A stretch of 64,000 nt of DNA. Origin: Trichosphaerium sp. ATCC 40318 (lineage: Eukaryota > Protista > Tubulinea). The translations under genes and the position numbers were made by a program. This document shows, in pieces, positions 1 to 12,180 of the stretch. The notes under the pieces are model-generated. The model did not search any database and had not been told where the DNA came from. It saw nothing but the letters and a program-made list of their open reading frames with translations. The stretch spans positions 496,001 through 560,000 of the forward strand of contig JALMLS010000578.1 in assembly GCA_038496445.1 (NCBI GenBank), written 5' to 3'. Numbering within the stretch: the first letter of the stretch is position 1; each line of letters begins with the position of its first letter.

Positions 1-282
1 GTCGTAAGACTCTGTAATGTGTTTAAAACTGACAAAAGAGAATAGTCTTTGTTGAATGCAAAGAAATCACGTGTTGACATTTCGCCAAAAGTAAATATAT
101 AAGAAAGAGCGTACAAAGGAAGTTTTGTAAAACCTTTCACGGTGTTTTTATTCAGCATTTGTTAAACAATAAAAACGTTTCTCCTACAGTGCGTATATAA
201 AGGTACTAACTATTTTATTCTTTTACATGTGCCTGCAGTTCTTATGACCAACCACTGCTTTACGGGATTAAATACTCTGTTA

Positions 283-1930
283 TCACTCGATTCTTGTTGT
301 TTCATCTCTCACTGTCTTCAAGAAGGGAATTAAATCGGTACCTAGATGAAAAATGTTAAACGATTTTTTTGTTTGTTTTTGTTTGTATTACCTCCTGTTC
401 CAGCCTCTTTTGTTTGTTTTTTTGCTTTCTTAGAAGGTATAATTATAAACCTTGCTACTATTTTAATATGATCTGATCTGAACGTAGAAAGAGCTTGTAC
501 ACAACGATTGTATGTGTCTATGAAGTAGTGAAGGAAAGAAACAAAAGAGCTGACACAAAAAATAAAATGTAGGCAAAAAAAGGATACCACTCAAAGCTTT
601 GTGATTTTCATGAGTTGAAATGTACGTTTGTAATGATGGTGTGAAGCTTCTAATGTATTTCACGAAGTCTCTGTGTTCAGGTGTAGTATATTTTTCATGC
701 ATTTCTTCAAGCCACTCGGACTTATGTTTTATACCAAAGCAAGCATCAAAAGTCTAAAATAGTTCCTGCTTAGTTTCTTCCTTTAAGTTATAAAACCTAC
801 TTGTAGTAGCGCTGATTGTGCAGCACTCCCTCCATAGAATAACTTAGGTTTATCATCAACTCCCTCATAAATCAAACCATCAGGCATTTCTGGATTTGCC
901 TTCCAACCAGCAAGAAACGGACGAACTATGTAAAAAAAAAGTTAAAAAAAGAACCAATAGAGCAAGAATGCTTGCGTGTGTTGTAGAATACATCAGGCGT
1001 TAAATGCTCCGGCATACGCGCAAAAACCTTTGTAATTATTTCCAGAATATCAGTAAGCGCTTCCATATGAGATACTATAACATCTGTGGCAGCTCCTAAA
1101 CACAAACTAAGTTTTTCTAAAACTCCAAACAAGCCCATGTTTTACCGTCTCTAATACCATGTAACATCTCAGTAATTATTTTACAAGCAGGTCCTCCTTT
1201 AGCTTCTATCTCTACAGTAACTAAAAAGAACCATTTTTCGCCTTCTGAACTAAAACAAGAGTAAGAAAAAACTAAGAAACAAAAAACCGTCTAAAAAACA
1301 AGTACAGCAAGAATCCGTTCGGCATGTCAATGTTACCAAGGTAAGGAGGTTTGTTTGCGTCGAGAAGTCTGTAATTATTACAGACAAGTGATCCATGACT
1401 TATTATAGGTGTCCTATTTAACTTACCAGCTACTTTACACCAAGGTACTGCAATACCCTTGAAAAGAGAAAAACGTTAAGTGAATGAGAAAAAAAAGATA
1501 ATGGTCATTGTACTTTAGGTAATTTCGCAAGAGGTTTTTGAGAAATGTCTCCAGCTACGTAAGCATGTGCTATTAATGCCAGCAAGAGTAATGCACGTTC
1601 CAAATGAGCCTTTTAAACCAAAGTTAGAAAGGAAAACATTACAAAAACAAGCAAAAAGCGTTATAATTGATCTAACGTAGTTTAATAATACCGAAACTGG
1701 CGTCATTGTATTTAACGTACTTTGTCAGTTAATGTTTCGACGTCTAAAGGCTCTAGTTTATCTACAATCGCTCTCAAACTGCGCTCTTGTATCAATGTAG
1801 GCAAATTGTTTGCTATTTCTTCCCAAGCTGTATAAGGTGTAGATAGACGCTCTATTGGTGGCGGAAAACGTAGAAATCCATACAAAGGACTTATATCGTA
1901 TGTTGATAGCACTTTAGCTGCTTCTGTCAT
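283..1930 (-). CDS. IDO: Indoleamine 2,3-dioxygenase (multi-exon)
   Basis: Spliced translation gives YDISPLYGF...WEEIANNLP, AHAYV, IAVPWCKVAGKL, WFFLVTVEIE, PDVFYN..RPFLAGW, GGSAAQSALLQ, FRSDHIKIVARFI and GTGGTDLIPFLK. These are the IDO family motifs, including the heme-ligand His. The GT-AG introns I checked preserve frame. Confidence 0.95.
518..587 (-). other. U12-type (minor spliceosomal) GT-AG intron in IDO
   Basis: Donor G|GTATCCTTT; branch-like TTTCCTTCAC ending 10 nt before the 3' splice site. Removing it joins ...KALS to DTYNRC in frame. Confidence 0.8.
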
Positions 1931-1988
1931 TGAGTTGATTTTTCTTCTGAAAAAGTTTGAACTATTGTCTTTCTGGAGATGCACAAGT

Positions 1989-2042
1989 TTCTGGAACGTT
2001 CCAGAATTCCAGACGGTTCATAACTTCTGGTATTTCTGGAAA
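1989..2042. promoter_or_regulatory. Heat-shock-element-like array upstream of IDO
   Basis: TTCtgGAAcgTTCcaGAA (1989-2006, a perfect palindrome of four alternating nGAAn units) plus a further TTCtgGAA near 2034-2041, 60-110 bp upstream of the IDO ATG. Confidence 0.55.
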
Positions 2043-2373
2043 CTTATAGTACATGTGGAAAAGTATGTGTCAATAGAAAATTCCAAGTGCCACTTAGTAG
2101 CTCAGTTTCCAGAACAGATGGTGCCCACCTTGCTTGTGAAGTTATTGTATAACGTCAAGGCTGCCGCAACCCTTAATGAACCACTTAACTTTGTTAAACA
2201 CCCACCCAATATGCCTAAAAGTTCGTGTCGTAAAGCTGTCGACATACCGTCTGCGTGGCAAAGACACAAGTGGCAAAGTGAGTACTATCAACAGTCTCTG
2301 GCGCAAGTTTACATTGACTACACTTTTTGGGTGTAAGCAGTTTATTCAATCAATCTTTCATCAAAGATGTGAG

Positions 2374-4364
2374 TTAACCTTTAGATATTTGTTTACAAAC
2401 TTCTGGTTCATCTGATGCACTGGCAAGTTTATGTATCGTGTTGTCCTTTCCTCCTGAAGTTACAGCACCTACAGAATAAATTGTGGCTCCTGTAGTATGA
2501 GATCCAATCTTAACAGGTTGAGGAGTCAAGTTGCAAAGCAACAAGTTGTTTGTTGTGCAAGAGTCTCCAGTTTTGACGTAAAGTGTCTTCTTTGGGTGAA
2601 GTTCTTTTGACCAAAGCCTGATACGGTGATCATTTCCTTCTATAATTGCTAAAGCATCACCTTGGCGATTATACTCTTCTGGCTCGATGACTTCAATATC
2701 TGCCAAAACGTCGCTCATTTGTGCACCACTATTGTTGTAAGTATAGAAATCTTTGGCTTATTTAGACACTCTGGCGTACCTTTGACATGTTCTTCCAATA
2801 TGGAGTACCGTAATATACGCTGGATCACCTGATGAAGCAGTTATCCTCGAACCTATAAACGTAGTGATAAGAAAGAAGAAACCGCTTAAAAGGATTACCT
2901 GAAGAGAGTGTAAATGAGGTTGCATCATCGTCTCCATTTGTGCTGCTTCCCCAAGATCCAGCACATGCCTCTTGACCGTGACCAGCAACACCTCTAACAT
3001 GAACGTTTGAAGCGATCGTTGGTCCTGTTGCTTGATCGTTTACAATGCCACCACGTGATGCAGTAACGTTAGAATTTAGTACTGTAACTTTTCCGATCTT
3101 CTCATTTGGAGTACTGTAGGATCCGTAACCTCTTAATCCGTTCTCGGTCAAGGTGAATTGAAATCCTTGTCGAATTGGACAAAAGCTTGTATTGGATCCC
3201 ATATCTTGACATCTGTTGAGCAACGTTGGTGTTTTGCAGTGTGCCTCGTTGTTTCTGTAAGATGAACATCGAAGCTTTGGTGCGTCAGATGTAAACATCT
3301 CTTCGAAAACACTACCATCAGCGCTGCCTGAAACTTGTAAGAAAACACTGTTTCTTGATAGCTTTGAAAGTACTTGCCTCTATAGATTTGATGGTTATAC
3401 TCTACAACCCATTCAACACCGTTTCTATCCTTCCCAGAAATACCGTTCTTGAGTAGATCTTGTGTACTCCTTGACTCTGCTGCAATCACAGTATCTTTGA
3501 TCAAAAGGTCATCAGTGTTTCCTTGAAAAGCGACATTATGGCCAAGCGATGATTGGTCAATAAACGCATTGGACAATGTGCAGCGTGTGCAGTTGATGAA
3601 GATTATAGTAGATTTTTTAGAGAGCTTAACGCAAGGAATTACTGTAGTTGATGATCCCGTTTTTCCGTAAATTGCACCAAAGCCATATGGCAAGCTTCCA
3701 CGTGTATGAAACTTAGCGTTCTGAATTGTATTATCTGTGCCCGTCATCTTCCAAACCATACCGCCTACGAGATTTATAGGTTAGCATTGTCAAGTTTGGT
3801 GTCAAGAACTCGTGTCACGTGACAAAAAAAAAAAAAAAAAAGTGCTCGGAATTTTCGGTATGGAAAAATAATTTCTCCTTAACACGCGAATATAATCGTA
3901 CCGTCGTTGAACACGCCATAGGCACCAGTGGATATTGGCATATCTATCCATGTAAAACCCGACAAGGTGTTGTTTTTACCGCCTAATAAGTTGATAATAC
4001 CATGAACGCTTCCAGGGAAATGCTCGTGTAAAGCAGTATCAAACTCAAAAGTAACACCAGTAAAGTCGTAGAAATTGTTCTCTCCAGTAAAACCAAAGAC
4101 GCCAGGCCACTCTTTTGGGTAGTTGCCATCATAAAGCGAACTATCAATTTTGTATGTACCAGCTTCCAAAACCACGTGAGAATTGTGTGCCGTTTGATAT
4201 TTCAATAGATCTTTCAAACTCGATAGGCAAACGCTCGTTTTAGGATTACAGGCGCCTCTGCACACACAAAGTAGGCCAACAACGGATAATAATACAAAAA
4301 CCTGTTCGCTTGCGTTAAAATTAATCTAGATAGATGTCACACGTACTTGTAGGATGCGACGCAT
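2374..4364 (-). CDS. Secreted right-handed beta-helix (pectin-lyase-fold-like) protein, bacterial-type; 3' end uncertain (may splice on to about 2195)
   Basis: Signal peptide MRRILQ|VFVLLSVVGLLCVCRG. Motifs FTGENNFYDFTGVTFEFDT, TRGSLPYGFGAIYGK, GHNVAFQ, RSTQDLL and LTENGLRGY recall Bacteroidota beta-helix proteins. The overlapping ORFs are reconciled by introns, one of them GC-AG. Confidence 0.65.
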
Positions 4365-4668
4365 TGTATAACGTTGTACTACAACAGTTAGACTGTATTC
4401 TAAACTGGTGTTGACCAGCATCTTACTCAACGTGCTATTCTGTGAAAACATCAACCAGTAGGTGTCATATAACCGGAGTTTACTACCGTATCCGCTGTGT
4501 GTCTTTTTATCTATTAAATGGGTGCATACTTCGTAACGTTCTTGGATGGTTAAGTTGTATTTTCAAATTGTGTTTTCAACGTCACCTAAAAATAACGATC
4601 AGAAACAGGTGAAAGCGCAACCGGCTACGCGTAAGGACAGAGAATAGACGGAAATTACTATTAATACA

Positions 4669-5283
4669 ATGGCAAAAATAAGTATTCAAACTAGCAGCGT
4701 AATAAGAGGTTTAATTGCCGGGATAGCATTGGGATTGATAAATGTAGCGTTATGGTACCACTGTTGTATTATGAATACAGTTTTTTGACTAACATGTTGT
4801 TTTTTAGGCTTATAGTTGGCAGTGATCGTCTAACCAACATCTTTTCTTTGTATCACATGATTTTATTGTTTGCTTATGAACAAGGGCTTGTTTTCTACTT
4901 TATAGGGTTAAATTTGGACGAGGTACGTGTCTATTGTTTTGCTCGCTAGAAAAAGCGCCTACATCTTTGAAAGCATAATAAAAACAAACACCTACATGTT
5001 TTGATTAAGTCACGTCTAGAATGTACGCTGTGATTGGTCGTATCTTTATTTTGGAATACCAATGGGACTATTGACTATTATGGTGCCTTTCTTCTTATTG
5101 TCAGGATTGGTGTATGTTGGAATTTACATGATCTTTCTCCCTTTTGCGACATTAGCACTTCTTTTAGTTGGATACGTACCTTTTGTTTTTACTCTGTGTT
5201 ATCATGTGGTCTTTCCTGCTTGTTATTTCATTGAAGAACCAATATATCAAGCTATAAGGAAAATGGGTGTAAAACTGTACTAG
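4669..5283 (+). CDS. Small multi-pass membrane protein, copy 1 (3 exons)
   Basis: MAKISIQTSSVIRGLIAGIALGLINVALW|LIVGSD...NLDE|NVRCDWSYLYFGIPMGLL...KMGVKLY*. Synonymous differences from copy 2 support this reading frame. Confidence 0.75.
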
Positions 5284-5620
5284 AAATATTGTCACAACAA
5301 AATTATATAAAGCAATCTCCTTCACGGTGTTATTAGGATGGACTATCCACGCAAGTTTGAAGACCATGATTGATTAGCCAAGTTATACCCAGTGCCTCAA
5401 CATCATCTTTTGTAATAGCAGACTCAAATTGGTAAGTTGAATAGACTAGCAAATTAATTGTCCGTTTCATTCAAGTTTGGCAAAAGTATCAAACTGTTAG
5501 ATGTAAAAAATAACTCTTGTAAGATAAAGCTGGTTCAAAATTTATTTGAATTACATGTAATTGAGTGACCGAATACAGTATGGCATCATAGTGCTGCATG
5601 GTATGTGGGAAGTGTACCCT

Positions 5621-6094
5621 TTATCCCAATACACTATCGACTATCTCAATCTCCCAGGCAGCCAAGGAATTGTCGCCAACACAAATACCCTTTGGTTTTT
5701 TGTTTACGGGGTGATTCAAAGAGTTGGAATTATAACCCAATGTACCATTGCTTTTGATAGACCATCCACTTATCACAATATTAGGTATATCAAACTTGTT
5801 GGTCTTGTAATACTTATCACCAAAATCCTTTGCAAGCTGCATATGTGCTGTGTTGCCTCCTTTAGGTTTATAGTCTACACCCATAGCCAGAATGATTATG
5901 TTTGGTAAGTAGATTGTAATGCCGGTGTATCCACCTTTGCGGTTTGGAGGCTTTTTCTTGGCGTGGGTTTTTCCTTCAAGGTAAACTGATATGGTATTCG
6001 TTTTTGGTGATATATCGAAATTTCCTTTAGGTTGAATGTCTTTGAACTTGTCTGATTTGAGGTGGTCTAGAAGTTTTTGTTTGTCTTTGCCCAT
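5621..6094 (-). CDS. Intronless basic hypothetical protein (157 aa)
   Basis: Single ATG-initiated ORF with protein-like composition and AT-rich flanks. No family recognised with confidence. Confidence 0.65.
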   Translation of the reverse strand: MGKDKQKLLDHLKSDKFKDIQPKGNFDISPKTNTISVYLEGKTHAKKKPPNRKGGYTGITIYLPNIIILAMGVDYKPKGGNTAHMQLAKDFGDKYYKTNKFDIPNIVISGWSIKSNGTLGYNSNSLNHPVNKKPKGICVGDNSLAAWEIEIVDSVLG

Positions 6095-8715
6095 CGTTTA
6101 AATGTTAAGAAGTTGTTGCTTTGTATTGGTTGTTTGAAGAATTATTTAATTGTTGTATAACCCTAAGTTGTTTGATAGTTAAGTCATTAACGGGAAAATA
6201 TATCATGTGGTATTCACGTGGTTCAAAAAAACAAAAAAGTGACGATAACCGATCGAATTTTATCTTAAACACCTACTAAGCGTACCGGAACCAAAAGTAG
6301 CAGATTGTTGCGGTAATAATTTGTCCCTTTTGCTGAATAACCGCAAAAATGTTTCGCCGGCACGTTTTCTTTGTTTACATCACTGTTAGATTTCCTCGTC
6401 CGTTTGTAAGCAACCACAGATTTGGAGGAGAGAACCTGTCTCATCCCGGCTTCGACCCTACTGGTCACGTAGCCAGAGACGTTGTCCCATTTATTAGTGG
6501 GACTAGCACCCCTGTGTACATAAAACAATACAAATAAAACTAAAAAACTTTTTTCGCTGTAATCTGTCATTGTTTAGGACTCGCTACTCGCCGAAAGTTG
6601 TTTTCGTTAAACCCTAGTTACTTAAACAACTATACCTCGCTTATCAAACGCCAGTAAAATACAATTTCTACTGTCATAAATTCACGCCGTTTTATCAAAC
6701 GTCATTAGAGAATTTTATTATGTAGTTCCAATTTGGAAAAAAAATCGCCAAGTCCTTAGCAGTAAACAATAACGTGAATTTGTTTTTTGCACATTATCTA
6801 CTATATGTTGGGCATATTCGGTTATAATTAGAGCGTTCAAAATTATCGTGCAATATCTCCATGAGTCAGTTAAGGTTTGACATGTGATTTTTACAAATTA
6901 TAGGCAAAAAGTCTCATCCCCTGATGTCACCGGTTCCATAATAGTCATTTAAAAAGCTCCAATCAATTGCCTTGTACATTGTAGTATCATTGGAAGGAGT
7001 TTGGCTAGCAATAAAGCTATCCAATTGCCCAAAATTGAAAGTTTTTTGGCTGTTCACTACTTTTTGAACATGTTACTTTAACTCTGTACCCCTTCACATA
7101 CCATTTTTGAATGAAAGCGTGTATATGACGGTATTTTGACATTCTTTGTTTCGGTTTTTTTGTGCTGACCTGTGGCAACTTCTTCAATTGGTTCATTGTA
7201 CTCAAACCCTGAACGCCTGTCCTTGCGTGGGCATGATTTTTGAGTGGTTTGATGGACTGTTTTTGGGGTTTTTTAATTTGAGTTTATAAACGGTTCACTA
7301 GGCCTGAATTTGTCCCTGCTTACCTCACGGGTAGTCATTAATGTGTTATAATAGTTGATGCATTATGGCTGCCGTTTAATGGTTTTGAACATACCGTTAA
7401 CACAACTGCACTTTTGTTTACACAATGACTGCATGCAAATGCTTTTAACCGTGTGCTATGCATGTCCACCAAGCAAAGAAAGCTTCCAATGTGCTATTGG
7501 TTATTTTTTAATTGTACTGTGACTCAAAAGCCTTTAGCAGCCCTTAGGTATTCACAACAGACACAATGTTCCAAGTGAGACATACACTAGTAGTATCAAC
7601 ATTGAAAAGGCATAACAGGAGGAGAAAATAGTATTTTAAAATCTTCTGTGCAAAAATAAATTTTTTTTATGCAAAATCAGAGTTGATTTTTTTTGACGTT
7701 CAAAGTCAAAAAAGCACAATTCAAACAGTTAAAACATGATCCCCACGCGTGTGTGCGTGTATAAAAGAAGTGGAACTGCTTAATAAAATTCTCTCTATCG
7801 TTCCAATACTCTACGCAGTTACTGACACAAAATTCTTTTTTCCACGAAATAAAACCTTCTCAAAGTGTTACTTTGCAATTGTTTGTACTCCTATCCTATT
7901 AACACAATTATATTGTATGCTAGTCAGCGACTTGATATCCCCTTTGTATGTTATTAACGAGTAAGCAGACGAGTTGATAGTGTACACAAGCCAATACCTT
8001 AATACCTGAGTCTGCTTGTGATGACCTAAGAAGTCAATAGTGAACACCAGCTAACAACTAGACTTGAACCGTCACCAGGCAAAAAAACCCAAGTTGCTAT
8101 CATGTACACCAGCCACTTCTTGATACCTGAATTGAGACACAGAGCTGTAAGTGTATGAAGTATCAAGTTACAGTTTGATGTATTCCTTTGTCCAATGGAA
8201 ATAGGTAATGCATTATTTGGCACTAGTGGCTATTGATACACGGTCACATGACAGGTGCACGGTCTCTTTGGAAAAGGCCATCTTTAAGACGAACAACTTC
8301 TGTACATTCCATGGAATTTCAGTCGTTTGGGAGTATTTAGACTAACTATAACGCCGAGATTCACATAGCTACAAGAATGTAAGAATATGGCAACCAACGA
8401 TAAGTATGGCAGACCAAAATTAGAAGACATCGCCGAGAACGCTAAACCGGAACTCGACAACTTGGAAGATATAACTAACTTGACTGTGGGTTGCGTTTGA
8501 GCCAACGAGGCATTGGTCTTCCTCCAAACTAGTCTAGCTTACTCAATTCCGTTGGCTATTCTAAAGATTCGTCTCATTAAGTCAGCGTTCTTTGAATGGT
8601 ATTAAGAAGTTGTTTGTTCAACGTCAGCAAAAAATAACAAGCTGAAACAGGTGAAAAGCACAACCACCAACGCATAAGGATACAGAATTAAGACAACAAC
8701 TAATCAAAGAGAAAA

Positions 8716-9268
8716 ATGAATATTCAGTTTAGCAGCACAATAAGAGGCTTTATTGCCGGGATAATATTTGGATTGTTAAATGTAGCGTTATACCATTGTT
8801 GTATTATGAATGTCATCTGTAGTTCTTAACACGTGGGTTTTTTTAGGCTTACTGTTGGCAGTGATCTTCCAACCAACAGATTTTCTTTGTATCACATGAT
8901 TTTATTGTTTGCTTACGAACAAGGGCTCGTTTTCTACTTTATAGGGGATAATTTGGGCAACGTACGTTTTGCAAAGCAACCTGCTTGTTTTCTACTAAGG
9001 TATTTAGAGCCAGCGCAGTGATTTTCCATATCTTTATTTTGGAATACCAATGGGACTATTGACTATTATGGTACCTTTCTTTTCAATGTCAGGATTGGTG
9101 TATGTTGGTATTTACATGATCTTTCTCCCTTTTGCGGTTGCACTTTTTTTCTTGGCTGGTTTTCCTTTGCTTATCGCTCCGTTTTGGTATTTGGCATTAC
9201 CTTTTTGTTATCTCATCGAAGAACCAATATATCAAGCGCTAAGGAAAATGGGTGTAAAACTGTACTAG
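8716..9268 (+). CDS. Small multi-pass membrane protein, copy 2 (intron-1 donor altered; possibly a pseudogene)
   Basis: Clear paralog of 4669-5283, including about 100 bp of upstream sequence. A 3-nt deletion removes the GT donor used in copy 1. Confidence 0.65.
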
Positions 9269-9486
9269 AAAGTTATTGTGTAATAACAAAGCTATGAAAA
9301 AAGCAACTTCACATTTCTTCTTCGCCTTTGTTAAGACTATTAATGATCAAAGTAAGTTGAAGTGTTTGTAATAAACATATGTACGATATTAGTGAAAGAC
9401 GAAGGAACTAGGGTAGTGGAGAGTAAATTTAATAGCAAATAGCCTATGATGTATTTTTTTATTGTTATTTTTTTTTCCAACACGTG

Positions 9487-11438
9487 TTACAGAACATTGT
9501 TGTTCTTTGCTTTGATGACTTTAATACGTTCCCTTAAACTGAAACCGAGATCTTTTAGCACGTTTTTATCAATTTCATCTATTTTTGCGCCTGCATCATT
9601 CATCAATGCTCCAAGTTCGCTTGCTCTTTTAGTTGCAATGCCCACCTTCACTAATATTGCTGTCCAATCAGTTTCAACAGTGTTAATCGATTTGTTCACA
9701 TGCAGTTGACCGAAAAGCGACTAGTAGACATTAAAATGCTAGTGAAACATAAGAGCAACCTGTCGGAGGTGTACCTTGTTATGGACGCCAGCTGAAAGAA
9801 GTGGTTTGTCAATCCATGATGGTTGATCTAAAACTTCGCTTATATTATCTTCATCAAGCGGTAGAATATACTCTGTTTGCTCATAAGACTACAAATATTT
9901 ATGAGGATCACACCATGTTAAAAATAACTTACTTCAGAATAATGATTTTGTTCTTCAGTTGAAGCTACAGACTCTTCAGAAGAGATGTTTAAATCTTCTT
10001 CATCTGGCGGTGTACTATTATTGCTTGATGTATCCATTAAGAAAAAACTGTTAGCTAAGTCATCTTGGTCACTTGATTCATCAGACTACATTTATTAGCT
10101 GTATATTGGTGTTATGCTAAAAGACATACATTCAAATGTATTTTGCAGTCCTCAAGTACATCCTGAATAATATCACAATGTTCAGGAATATCTCCGAACT
10201 TGGTGTAATCATGATTGGGATCAAGCACAGCTTTTGATAGGTGCTTATGTTTTCGGTCTTCTTTCAACTCACTCATGTGATCTAAAGTACTAACTTGAGG
10301 TCTGATTACCTTAGCAAACAGTTAGTACAAAAGATTACTTGTCAGTACATACTTGATTATGGTTCCTAAAGGTCAATTCTTGTGGTTTTGATTGACCAAA
10401 GATATTGTTACCATCACTGACCAATCTGTAATCATGAGATATTGCCAAGAAATGAAAGTGTTTATTGGCAAACTCACGATATCTTCCAGATAATTTTAAT
10501 GGCTTATTTGATAAGAACGGATCAATCCATTTCCCTTCTCCCCAACCATACAAACGACCTTCATGATCAATCACAAATGATGACTTTAACCCAGCATGGA
10601 CGGATTTGATGTTATCGAGTCCATAAACAATACCCTGGCCATACATGTCATCATTACCCAACCCAAGGCATCCTTTGTAGTTTTTCCCGAATGAAAATAC
10701 TTGTCCTGACTTTAGAAGAACAAGTACGTGCACATCACCAATAGCAATATCAGTTGCATCTTCAATACTTGGAACACGCGAAATTTTCTTTTGCTTCAAG
10801 AACAGCTGTTCATATTTTATTCCATAATGGGTAGTTCCCCAAAGAAATACATGGCCTGTTGATGTTATTGCTCCACTTACAAACGCATTGGTTTCAATTT
10901 TTGTAACATCTTTTAGACTAGGAACACGTGTTGGTGACTTTACTCTATCACTTTCAAATGAATGACCCAATCCATGATTTTCATTATCTCCCCAAGAGTA
11001 GACATGTCCTGATTCTGATAATGCTATACTCACCTTGTAGGCAGTAACTTGAGTGATTCGATCTAGATTGGGAACACGTGTTGGTCTTGTAACAGGTGAC
11101 TTATAATGACCAACACCCAACTCACCACGTAGATTATAACCCCATGAATAAACTACACCATAAGCATCAAGCGCAATACTATGGGAGGACCCAGCAGCAA
11201 TACATACAATACTTATGAGTGAATTTATTGGACAAGCGATAGATCTCGCTTTAGTCTTACGCACTAGTCCATGTAAGTATTGAAACGTTGACTTCTTAGC
11301 TGCGACCAACTGGGAGCTCAAGTTTGAGCCCCAAGTGTAAACATAGCCATCATCTGCGATTGCCATTGAATGGAAGCCACCCACGGCCAAACGATTAATA
11401 TATTGCAAATTTAGCTGAGAAGAGTCTAGTTCAGCCAT
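9487..11438 (-). CDS. RCC1-repeat beta-propeller protein with acidic linker and C-terminal SAM-like domain (5 exons)
   Basis: Exon 1 has RCC1 repeats (AVGGFHSMAI..GYVYTWGSN; AAGSSHSIAL..VYSWGYNLRGELG). Four phase-0 GT-AG introns link it in frame to ...IDEIDKNVLKDLGFSLRERIKVIKA (SAM-like). Confidence 0.8.
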
Positions 11439-11919
11439 AGTCGACTTCAGATAGTGTTTTTTGTAATAGATAGGTTGTATTTTATTTTTTGTTTGATGTT
11501 AGTTACGAAAAGAGCCAAGAAACTTCAAGTACAAAGGTTGACAATTTCAAAGTGAGTCACGCATTTACTCCGCACGTGATTTTCTCGTGCATTTTTATGC
11601 TGACTCACAAATCTAGCAAAACAAGGACCTAGTAGAGTATCAGCTGCAGCAGTGATTTGCTAAAGCTTGTTTGGTTGAACAATACAAACTACGTTGAGTT
11701 GATTGAAATCCACATGTTTTCTTAACATTAACAAGTTAAAATAAAAACACCAATCAGCTGTTATTTTGATACACGTTTGTTTTTAGCGTGCATAAAAAAA
11801 CGTCAATGACTTGTATTCAGCACCTACTCTTCAAATACTCCTTCTACAATCTCATACTTAGAACTACCACTATAGTTCTCAATGTACGTCAACAAGAAGG
11901 TAAGATAATAGTCATTCAA

Positions 11920-12180
11920 GCTATCTCACAACTGTGGCTAGACGTCCATTGTTCCCGAAAATAATAAGCACCTCGCTCCGTTCAAATAGCTTGTAAGAGG
12001 TTAATTGGTGTTTTATCTTCCTTCGCGTACGTTCCATCTTGTTTTCGCCTTTGAGAGGCCACTTCTGTTCACTACCTTCATTGCGTAGCTTTCGCACGTC
12101 CCAGTGTCAGTGCAAGTGATAGTGATCCGAGTGATCCTGTTCTGAGAAGATACTTCATGCTGTTTCAATGTAAACCTGCA
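11920..12180 (-). pseudogene. Protein kinase N-lobe remnant (Polo-like subdomain II)
   Basis: Translates TCTDTGTCESYAMKVVNRSGLSKAKTRWN, then reaches a stop after the next intron. No Gly-loop, HRD or DFG motif found. Confidence 0.35.

Noticed and set aside
2374-3759. Overlapping ORFs suggesting a frameshifted pseudogene or programmed frameshifting
   Set aside because: All the frame changes are explained by short introns, including one GC-AG intron.
6260-8520. Short ORFs and exon-like pieces on both strands
   Set aside because: I could not assemble a consistent gene model or recognise a domain; possibly degenerate genes.
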